From positions 128,001 to 192,000 of the forward strand of contig CBDCXL010000002.1 in the NCBI GenBank assembly GCA_965223795.1: a stretch of 64,000 nucleotides of DNA, given 5' to 3'. Shown here piece by piece: positions 1 to 7,465 of the stretch. Under the pieces are notes generated by a model. The model was given only the letters and a program-made list of their open reading frames with translations. It was not told the origin of the DNA and did not search any database. How positions within the stretch are numbered: the first letter of the stretch is position 1; each line of letters begins with the position of its first letter. A program made the translations under genes and the position numbers. The stretch comes from Nitrospinales bacterium (GTDB lineage: Bacteria > Nitrospinota > Nitrospinia > Nitrospinales > VA-1).

Positions 1-2
1 CC

Positions 3-108
3 GGCGCAAAATTGCGCCCGTTAAATCTAAGTGTCGCCAATTTGGCGATAGTTGAAATCAGTCATCCTTAAGTTAAGGACCACTGAAATGGGGGTTCCCA
101 ATACCCCT
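3..108. repeat. Array of short palindromes with different arm sequences, ~27-31 bp period
   Basis: GGCGCAA-AA-TTGCGCC (3-18), TCGCCAA-T-TTGGCGA (34-48), TCCTTAA-G-TTAAGGA (65-79) and weaker GGGGT..ACCCC (91-107). Linkers are GTTAAATC, GTTGAAATC and CTGAAATG. Confidence 0.7.
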
Positions 109-188
109 TTTGCCCATTTTGCACGCATAAAAATTTGACTGCCATCCGCCGGTCCCATTTTGTCAGGCTGTAGAGATTCCTACTCCCC

Positions 189-821
189 CTACCCATCCAT
201 GTGTGTGGTGGGGCTTGCGATCCCTTCGACCTTCGGGATGGTCTGCCTTATTGTATTCAGCGCAGCGTCCAGATCCTCGATGTCCTGCGACTTCAGGTTC
301 TCGGCGCTTCGGATTCCCTCCCTGATGGCAGCAAGGGCCTTCCTCACAACCTCAACATTGCCATGGAAATCCTTTTCACGGGCCAGGCTTACGGGATTCC
401 GTTTCCCCGGAAGCTCAATGTTTGTGACGTCCCGGGCCATGATCTGCTCTTGAAGGTCCCTCAGTTCCCGAATGAAAAGGTCAATGGCTGGATCCGCTGA
501 ATTCCTGAGAAAGGTTTCCGCCTGATGGATTGTGGTTTCGAATCCATGGGCTATTGCCCGTTTCTCACGCTGCGATTCAGCCCAATTCGCTTCTGCCTTT
601 TCCAAACTCTTCCGGGCCTTCAAAACCTTCGACCACGCATCAGATGCGGCCTGGTTAAATTTGGGCATCTGCTTCTCCTGGTCGGCCCTGGTCGTCTCGA
701 TCTTCGATATGGCCTGCAGGCGGCTCTCTCGGATTTCACCCTGCCGTTTCTTCACCAGCTCCTGCCCCTGATCACTTTTCAGGAAATAATCAAAAAGCCC
801 TTTGTCTGCTATTGTTTTCAT
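189..821 (-). CDS. Hypothetical coiled-coil protein of the element (~210 aa)
   Basis: ORF 189..1016 overlaps the capsid gene and two hairpins, so ATG 821 (MKTIADKG...) is the plausible start. Helical, charged composition. Confidence 0.65.
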   Translation of the reverse strand: MKTIADKGLFDYFLKSDQGQELVKKRQGEIRESRLQAISKIETTRADQEKQMPKFNQAASDAWSKVLKARKSLEKAEANWAESQREKRAIAHGFETTIHQAETFLRNSADPAIDLFIRELRDLQEQIMARDVTNIELPGKRNPVSLAREKDFHGNVEVVRKALAAIREGIRSAENLKSQDIEDLDAALNTIRQTIPKVEGIASPTTHMDG

Positions 822-852
822 CTGAAAGTTCCGTTGCTCATTGTTTTTAAAA

Positions 853-891
853 AAGAGGAATTCGGACGGTCCAAAATTGGACCGTCCTCTT
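853..891 (-). terminator. Hairpin/terminator-like structure downstream of capsid gene
   Basis: Perfect IR GGACGGTCCAA-AA-TTGGACCGTCC (864-887), with a U-run nearby on the minus strand. A second hairpin CCGCCGCC/GGCGGCGG lies at 911-937. Confidence 0.5.
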
Positions 892-945
892 ACGTCAATG
901 CTATGAAGCACCGCCGCCCCGTATTCTGAGGCGGCGGACTCTATA

Positions 946-2232
946 TCACGATCGAGTCTGAAGATTGATAAAGGGTGAAAGGGTATTCGTACCCTTAAAC
1001 GGCGTGATCGGCGCATTCTGGATCGGCTGGCCGTCCTGGCGCAGCACGAACCGGAAGGTCATCTCGTCCGTGAGGAATTGCACGTGGATGGACAGATCCG
1101 CCCGGATGCCACCCTTCTCGATCAGAACGTACTGGTTCAGATCAGCGAAGATGATATCTCCGGCCGTTCCCAGCGCTTCGCACTGCTCGATGGGGGTGAT
1201 AGGGCGCCCGAAAAGCGTCCCGAATGGGGCTGCAGAAAGCCCGCCGGCAGGCACAAAAACCGGAACGCCGCCGGTCCCAACGGCATGGCTCAACTGGAAA
1301 AGCTGAGGCCAGACTTCCTGGTTGATGTACCATTCGGCGCGCATCAGGCTAGATGCGGGCATGCGGGCGTACATCTTTTCGATGTTTTCCGCAATGACCG
1401 TTGAAGCAGCCTGGCCGCTTTCCTTGGATACCGTCACGAGTGCGGGGGAATTGAGGATACCCATGGGTTTACCCGCACCGTCACCGCGGACGATGGCGTC
1501 GTCGATTTTAAAGCCGAATTCCTCAGTGAACGCCTGCCGGACAACCATTTCCAGCGCGGCCGCATCGGCAAGCAGCTCCTCGGTGACATAGGCCAGGCCG
1601 ATCAGCTTTTTGAGGTTCAGCTCCATCTGGCGGAACTTCGGTTTCGAGGCCGTGGCCGCGGCGGCTTCGGCTTTCCAGTACGCCTGAACGCCACCCCAGC
1701 GGGACCCGTCGACCCGGGATGTCTCGTCCACAGCCGGGATCTTGATCCCGTTGGCGCCCGAACTGATGGGGATCCGCCGGCACCTTCTGGAAAGCATCCC
1801 GGTCTCATGCACCTGGTTCAGCAGTTCATTGGAAAAATCCTGCTGGACCAGCCACCCGCCTTCGGATGAGACGCTTTCGCCAAGGCCGGTAGCCGCATTG
1901 TATTGCAACCGTGGATCCGACATTGCGTTCCGATCCGCGGCCCTGGCCACGGCCACAAGCTGTTCACCGAAACTCTCGAAGGAGTTTTCGGGAGAAGGAT
2001 TGTAAGATCCCTGGTGAAGAGAAGGCATGTTGCGTTCAAACTCAGCCTCCCTTTCCGCTACTTCCAGGTCATGCCTCATTTCCTCAACTTCTGATATTAC
2101 TGCGTCGTACTCTTTGAGCTTTTGAGCCTTTTCAGCTTTACTGCCCGCGCTGCCCGCTTCATCCAGAAGCGTTTGCGCCTTTTGCATTAAATCAGCTTTT
2201 TTCTGAATTAAAAACTTCCTGTTTTTGCTCAT
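946..2232 (-). CDS. Phage major capsid protein, HK97 family
   Basis: N-terminal coiled-coil (delta-domain-like) region and motifs EGGWLVQQDF, GDGAGKPMGIL, TLFGRPI, GDIIFADL, FRFVLRQDG. ATG 2232 has a GGAGGG RBS. Confidence 0.92.
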   Translation of the reverse strand: MSKNRKFLIQKKADLMQKAQTLLDEAGSAGSKAEKAQKLKEYDAVISEVEEMRHDLEVAEREAEFERNMPSLHQGSYNPSPENSFESFGEQLVAVARAADRNAMSDPRLQYNAATGLGESVSSEGGWLVQQDFSNELLNQVHETGMLSRRCRRIPISSGANGIKIPAVDETSRVDGSRWGGVQAYWKAEAAAATASKPKFRQMELNLKKLIGLAYVTEELLADAAALEMVVRQAFTEEFGFKIDDAIVRGDGAGKPMGILNSPALVTVSKESGQAASTVIAENIEKMYARMPASSLMRAEWYINQEVWPQLFQLSHAVGTGGVPVFVPAGGLSAAPFGTLFGRPITPIEQCEALGTAGDIIFADLNQYVLIEKGGIRADLSIHVQFLTDEMTFRFVLRQDGQPIQNAPITPFKGTNTLSPFINLQTRS

Positions 2233-2388
2233 TCGTCCCTCCGTGGACAAATATTTTTTTTAACCTACAAATTAAAATTTTCCGCCGGCTTTAAGCCGGG
2301 ATAAGGGTTTCACTATGAGGTGGAGGGCCAGGAGAAGTAGACAGCCAAGCCCTTTGAAACCATCCACAAAAACCCTCCACCTCGTTTT

Positions 2389-2646
2389 TCAGTTCATTCG
2401 TTTTTCAAAATCGAGAAGTTTAGGCAGTCTCAGCTCACCATGATCCGTGAGCGATTTATAGAGAAGCTGAACCACCCTGTAGAAAATTTGATAGTCTCCT
2501 GTTCCAACTCTGTTTTCTTCCAGGAAATCCAGAACTTTATTGATCTTCATTTCGAAAAGCGGATCGCTCTCTTCCATTTCGATAGACCAGTTGGCATGAT
2601 CCAGCAATACCCGTTGATCCGCGAACCACTGTTTGTCTCTAACCAT
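2389..2646 (-). CDS. Hypothetical protein (85 aa)
   Basis: ORF with AGGAG RBS, co-oriented with the other element genes. Confidence 0.6.
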   Translation of the reverse strand: MVRDKQWFADQRVLLDHANWSIEMEESDPLFEMKINKVLDFLEENRVGTGDYQIFYRVVQLLYKSLTDHGELRLPKLLDFEKRMN

Positions 2647-2673
2647 CGGTTTCTCCTGTTTTTTATTATTTAA

Positions 2674-3796
2674 TTAGAACGTCCGCGCGCCGCCGCGCGA
2701 ACGCGCGTCGATGAGCCCGGCCATCACCGCCTCCTGGATCGTCGGCATCAAGTTCAGGATCTCCGCCCGCACCGTCGCCGCCACTCCGGTAGATATGTGC
2801 ATGTGATTGACGACCGAACCGCTGCCCTGATGCCCCGGCGTTTCCACCGTGACGCGCTCGCCGCGGCTTGCCTTGAACGCCACCAGGTTCTGGTCGATGC
2901 CGCCGCGGCCGCCGACCGTGAACTGACCGCCGTGCGCAAATCCAATAAGTTTTCTAAGCGCTCCCACGTTCTCCTTCGTTCCATCCCCAAAAAGTGGCAA
3001 TGTGATGGTACTTCGAACTAAAGCCCGCGTGATATCCTGCATGATGGCTGTTGCGAAGTTCTTCAGCGCTTCCATTTTGTCCTGCGTGGTGGTGATGGCA
3101 TCGACGATGGAATTCTCGGTGGTCTGCCCGATGGCGGAGAAGAACTGGTTCACCTGGTCGCTGGTTTCCTTGCTTTTGCTGGTCAGGTCCGACAGCCGGC
3201 CTTCCAGCAGCGACTGCGCCTTCAGGAACTGGTCCGGCGTTTTGTCGAATTCGCCCAGGTCGGCGCGCGCCTTCAATTCGTCCATCTGCTTTTTCAGCCG
3301 CTCGATCGGCGTTTCCGATTCGCGGAACACCTGGTTGAGCAGCTGCTGCGCCTCGCTGATTTTCGCGATCTGGCCGGGCACCGTGGACGCCGCGGCGAAA
3401 AATCCCTCGACATCTTCCTCCGCCCCCTCGAACGCCTCGCCAACCTTTTCCACCGCCTTCGAGGCGTTGAACGCTTCCAGCGCCAGGTCCTGAGTGCTTG
3501 TCTTTGCCTGTTTGTCCGCCTGCGCGGTCGAACGCGAAGCGCAGCTCCTGCAGCCGTTCAGTGGTGATGCCGATTCGGACTGCCGACTTGCCGATCTCGT
3601 CGGCGAAGTTCAGCGATTCCTTCGTCAGCTTGAGAAGCAACCCGCCAGTCAGGATGCCTGCCAATGTTCGCTGTAAACCGGCGAATGATTTGGTCAATCC
3701 GCCCAGTTGCCCGCGCGCGCGGTCCATGCCCTTGTTGAATTGATCACTTTCAAGCGATAGGATCGCTCGCAATTTTCCAATGTCGGCTGTAGCCAT
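2674..3796 (-). pseudogene. Tail tape-measure protein remnant: N-terminal and C-terminal parts joined out of frame
   Basis: N-terminus MATADIGKLRAILSL...GITTERLQELRFA (ATG 3796, AGGAG RBS) and lambda-type C-terminus GFAHGG...GERV in another frame. The frame switch is near 3510-3530. Confidence 0.7.
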
Positions 3797-3798
3797 TT

Positions 3799-5490
3799 TC
3801 AAAAACTCCTTTGAAGATATCTGCCGGTTGGCAAATCATAAATCAGCGTAACCATCCCGGGTTGACCTACTTCTCGGAACCGGACTTTCTGCACGTGAAT
3901 TTGAACCTCCCTCGATGCCGGTTGCGAAATATCCCGCCACACCGTGATGCAGTTGTCCGCCTTGTTTCTCCAATGAGCGGAACCGCTCACGTCATAAGGC
4001 GTGGGAACCGGATAATTTCCATTCGAATTTTTCTGCAACTTTGTGGGATGGGCCACCAGCCACACGTGAACCTGATAAGTCCGAGCGAAACGCCGAATCT
4101 TTGTGAGCGCGGCGCTGATGTATTCGGTCTCGGACATGCCAGATGGGCGGCTGTGATCCAGTTCATTCCATGGATCGAGCACAAGACCGCGAATGCCTTT
4201 CCGAAAAACCAGCGCCCGCGCAAGGCGAAGGACGCCTTCGACAGTTAAATCATCCTCATCCGGCAAAATGAAAGTGAAGTGCTCCCCAAGCCATTTAAGT
4301 CCCCGCTCTACATCGTCGCTCCCCATGCGTGGCGTTGGGCCGTCCGGAAATGGTTTTCGAATTCTTTTTTCCAGCAACTTCGCGGCGTGCCGCTCCAGTG
4401 GGAGGTTCTCGGGGGAACAGATCCCAAAGTTCCAGCCTTCCGATTCCGCCAAGTTGACCAGCATGGCATCAAGAAGTTCAGATTTCCCATGAGAGGGAAT
4501 ACCCGTCACCAACGTCCACTCACCAGGCCGCACGCTGTAATATTTTTTAAGCGACAACCAGCCCGGATCTGCGCCGCCTGTGAGTCCTTCAGCGTGTAGG
4601 GCCCGGACTTTTTCAGCGATGTCTCGAACCTCATGAAGCCCCCGGATCGGGTAAGGTTTAGCAGTTTCTATGCACGTGCGCACCGCCTCCGGGCCATGAT
4701 TCCGCAATACATCATTCGCATCCTTGCATCCTTCCGGCCAGTTCACCAGATGGCATTTTTCTGGCCCCAGGCGCCGCGCAAGCTCAGATTCCAGTTTTTT
4801 CCCTTGCACGTCATTGTCCCCAGCCAAAACGTGTTTTTTGACCGGTTCAATTACCTCTGTGCATCCTTCCAGGAAACCCAGCTTATCGGCCGCGCCATTC
4901 GGCACCGATACGCATGAAGGGAATCCCGCCGCCTCGATGGACAGCTTGTCCAGCTCCCCCTCAACCCAGATCAATTCATCCGTCTGGATGTCGTCATACC
5001 CGTACAAGGTGCGCTGCGCGTCCTTGACCAGCTTGAAGTTTTTCTCACGGTCTCGGAATTTAACATTAACCACTTGGCCGTTTTTTAGGTACGGAAACCG
5101 AATCACGTCCACTTTCGTTTGAGCCTGGGGCATCCACTCCAGCCCAGTGGACACTTGATTCCGGTCCAGGATGTGCTCGGGGATGCAACGCTCATCAACC
5201 AAGTACTGGTATGCCCATTCAGGCAGTTCTGCTTTTGAGTACTCAATACGCCTGGAGTTGTGTTTCGTCGAACTGGTCACCGATCCGTTCCCATTCAGCT
5301 CCCGGTTCGCCTTCAACCCATCCTTCCAGCCACAGTGGTGGCAGAACCACGTCTCCTTGTTGATGTTGACCGCCAGGCAGGGATCTTTTTTATTCCGCCT
5401 GGAATCGCTGCATTGCGGGCACGTGGTTTTTACCTCCCCCGCGGTCCGCCCCCGGGTGTCGATGCCGTGGTCGATAAACGATCCTGTCAC
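3799..5490 (-). CDS. Bifunctional DNA primase/helicase (T7 gp4/Twinkle-like)
   Basis: Zn finger CPQC...CHHC, TOPRIM VEGELD and GDND, CKDAND, Walker A GIPSHGKS, SF4 motifs LVAHP and DVSGSAHW. GTG 5490 overlaps the rep stop and has a GGAGG RBS. Confidence 0.93.
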   Translation of the reverse strand: MTGSFIDHGIDTRGRTAGEVKTTCPQCSDSRRNKKDPCLAVNINKETWFCHHCGWKDGLKANRELNGNGSVTSSTKHNSRRIEYSKAELPEWAYQYLVDERCIPEHILDRNQVSTGLEWMPQAQTKVDVIRFPYLKNGQVVNVKFRDREKNFKLVKDAQRTLYGYDDIQTDELIWVEGELDKLSIEAAGFPSCVSVPNGAADKLGFLEGCTEVIEPVKKHVLAGDNDVQGKKLESELARRLGPEKCHLVNWPEGCKDANDVLRNHGPEAVRTCIETAKPYPIRGLHEVRDIAEKVRALHAEGLTGGADPGWLSLKKYYSVRPGEWTLVTGIPSHGKSELLDAMLVNLAESEGWNFGICSPENLPLERHAAKLLEKRIRKPFPDGPTPRMGSDDVERGLKWLGEHFTFILPDEDDLTVEGVLRLARALVFRKGIRGLVLDPWNELDHSRPSGMSETEYISAALTKIRRFARTYQVHVWLVAHPTKLQKNSNGNYPVPTPYDVSGSAHWRNKADNCITVWRDISQPASREVQIHVQKVRFREVGQPGMVTLIYDLPTGRYLQRSF

Positions 5491-6347
5491 AGCACCACCT
5501 CCCCCCGGCCGGCGCTGTTCATCTCTGCTTGTGACACGCGGCCATTCCCCTTTGCCTGGCGTTGTATGCACAGCTGGTCCCATTGCTTCCGCAATTTTCC
5601 GGGGCTCAGTATATTTGAGCGCCAGAATAAATTTGCATTCGCCCAAGTGAACAGATCGCGGATCTCCTGATGCGCTCGACCGTCTCGTTCCCGCATCAAT
5701 CTGATATCGTCCGCCCAGGAATTCAGATTGGGTTGCTTAAAATCTTCCTTGAGAGTCCGGATCTTCTCCAGGATAAACTCCGCGGTTTCGAGATCCACCG
5801 TGGTGAATTTTTGGGTTCTTCTGGCGGTAAAATTTTCAGAAGGAGAAGCGTCCGGAATCTTTGATTCCGGCACATTATTCTTTTGATTTTGTAAAAGGCT
5901 TTCGTTAGAAGTGCCATTTTTGGCCCCTCTAGCTTGTTTTGGCGTTATTTTTGAAGTACTTACAGAAGTGCCATTCTTGGCACTTCTTACAAAAGTTGGC
6001 ACTTCACTATACAAAAGTTGGCACTTCTCTCCTTCTCCAGAAGTGCCATTTTTGGCCCCTCTGGATTTTGAAATAGGACGCCACTTGGTTATCTGAATGC
6101 CAAGATCGTGGGGCCTCCGAGTGACCTCGATATATTCGTTTTTTCTAAGGTCCTGCAGATGCCTTTTTACTGTCCGCGTTCCCATGCCTGTTTCTTTGCA
6201 AATTCGAGCAACTTTAATTGTGAGCCGTCCTGTTTCCCAGTCCGCCACCTGGTGGAGATAGCCGTATAACCAAATTGCTGTTCCAATTTTGTCGCGGTGT
6301 TTGGGGTCGGTAAAAAGCCCCTTTCGCAAGGGAGCCCACCATCCCAT
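5487..6347 (-). CDS. Phage-type replication initiator (N-terminal winged HTH, central iteron-encoded repeats)
   Basis: HTH ICKETGMGTRTVKRHLQDLRK, repeated (G/S)AKNGTS, and a C-terminal FWRSNILSPGKLRKQWDQL typical of phage replication proteins. Confidence 0.82.
   Translation of the reverse strand: MGWWAPLRKGLFTDPKHRDKIGTAIWLYGYLHQVADWETGRLTIKVARICKETGMGTRTVKRHLQDLRKNEYIEVTRRPHDLGIQITKWRPISKSRGAKNGTSGEGEKCQLLYSEVPTFVRSAKNGTSVSTSKITPKQARGAKNGTSNESLLQNQKNNVPESKIPDASPSENFTARRTQKFTTVDLETAEFILEKIRTLKEDFKQPNLNSWADDIRLMRERDGRAHQEIRDLFTWANANLFWRSNILSPGKLRKQWDQLCIQRQAKGNGRVSQAEMNSAGRGEVVL
5907..6062. repeat. Iteron cluster / probable replication origin inside rep
   Basis: AGAAGTGCCATTTTTGGCCCCTCT at 5907-5930 and 6039-6062; perfect IR AGAAGTGCCA-TTCT-TGGCACTTCT at 5964-5987; TACAAAAGTTGGCACTTC at 5988-6005 and 6010-6027. 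Confidence 0.8.
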
Positions 6348-6538
6348 CAGTGCCTCGCATGTGCAGATACGAAGCGGTAAAACTCCGCAGTCGTTTTTTC
6401 AAAGCGCAGCCCAACGGCATACAGGACAACCTCATCGCGCACTTGGTCAGGACGTCGGCGGGGGAGATAGTTTATTTGAAATAATTGCCGTTCCTTCAAC
6501 CCGCCGTTTGCGCCGGCGGGTATTTTTTTTGCTCTCAT
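6347..6538 (-). CDS. Small hypothetical protein (63 aa)
   Basis: Start and stop overlap both neighbouring genes (translational coupling). Confidence 0.5.
   Translation of the reverse strand: MRAKKIPAGANGGLKERQLFQINYLPRRRPDQVRDEVVLYAVGLRFEKTTAEFYRFVSAHARH
6499..6530 (+). terminator. Intrinsic terminator oriented antisense to the element operon
   Basis: ACCCGCCG-TTTGCGC-CGGCGGGT followed by ATTTTTTTT on the plus strand. Confidence 0.6.
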
Positions 6539-6741
6539 TTCGCCACCTCGTCCTCACCGGCCACATACTGCTCGAGCTCGTCGAACCTGTAGAAAGCCAG
6601 TCGCCCCCGCCGGTAGACTTTAGGACCTCGACCCTGGCTTGCCAAGTTTGCTAAAGTTTTCGATGAAAGGCCGTCAAACCACCGCCCCACGCGCGTCCTC
6701 GCGACCATTATTGGGGTTTCCCTTTTCTTCAAATTTGGCAT
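6535..6741 (-). CDS. AlpA/excisionase-like HTH protein
   Basis: GLSSKTLANLASQGRGPKVYRRGRLAFYRFDELEQY is the typical AlpA/Xis pattern. AGGAG RBS. Confidence 0.8.
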   Translation of the reverse strand: MPNLKKRETPIMVARTRVGRWFDGLSSKTLANLASQGRGPKVYRRGRLAFYRFDELEQYVAGEDEVAK

Positions 6742-6859
6742 TTGCGACTCCTGTAATAGACCGTTAGGCTCATACAGGAATCATGATGCAAGGAGGATCT
6801 GGAAGAAAGTCGTTATAAGGGAACCTAAAATAACCTGAAAGGAAAGCGGGGGTGGGAGG

Positions 6860-7465
6860 CTATTGTGGGGAAGGGATGCCTTGTAATCCAGCCTCTCTTA
6901 GGCGTCGGGCAACCCGGTCTGGGCTAGACAATAGATATGGGAGTTCTTTCTGAATTTTTTCAAGAGCAGCAATTTTTTTTTCGCGCGAATCTGATTCCTC
7001 AACAAGTTCTTGCCATCTTTTTTTTATCAGTTCACCCATTTGGGGAGACCAAACCGCCCTCTTTCCCTTTTTGTCAGATACGAGATTTAATATTTTCCCG
7101 GCATCTCGCAGAGCTTTTTTAGAATCCCACTCAGGATGCAACCGATCTTTGTTGTATGCCAACAACGTAGCAAATTTTTCCCAGGCTAGCTTATTATTGT
7201 GTTGATGAAGGGGGAAGTATTTCACAGCAAGTTCAAGGGCCTTATGCACTGTTTCAAAATCTTCTCCATTAAGATTTTGCCCCGGCCTTAGGCGTTCCTT
7301 CAGTTCTTGAAATCGAACGGGTAAAATTTCAATTTTTTGAATTGCTGATTGGATGTCTCTTATCTCTTTTATATCTGCTTCGTTTTTTCCCTGAAGCTTT
7401 TCAAGATCCTGATTGAGTTCAGCAAGAATTTTTTTCCGTTCCGACTCTTGTTCTTTAATTTTCAT
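6860..7465 (-). CDS. Hypothetical protein coupled to integrase (201 aa)
   Basis: AT-rich ORF overlapping the integrase stop; coiled-coil N-terminus. Confidence 0.7.
   Translation of the reverse strand: MKIKEQESERKKILAELNQDLEKLQGKNEADIKEIRDIQSAIQKIEILPVRFQELKERLRPGQNLNGEDFETVHKALELAVKYFPLHQHNNKLAWEKFATLLAYNKDRLHPEWDSKKALRDAGKILNLVSDKKGKRAVWSPQMGELIKKRWQELVEESDSREKKIAALEKIQKELPYLLSSPDRVARRLREAGLQGIPSPQ

Noticed and set aside
1..110. CRISPR array (GTTGAAA resembles a CRISPR repeat end; ~30-bp periodicity)
   Set aside because: The conserved part is only ~8 bp, the variable parts are themselves palindromes, the period is too short and no cas genes are present. Reported instead as a palindrome array.
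2954..3510. C-terminal two-thirds of the 282-aa ORF as a real protein
   Set aside because: Gly/Arg-rich out-of-frame read-through over the tape-measure C-terminal frame.
5491..5646. N-terminal extension of the primase-helicase
   Set aside because: Overlaps rep; GTG 5490 has an RBS and start/stop coupling.
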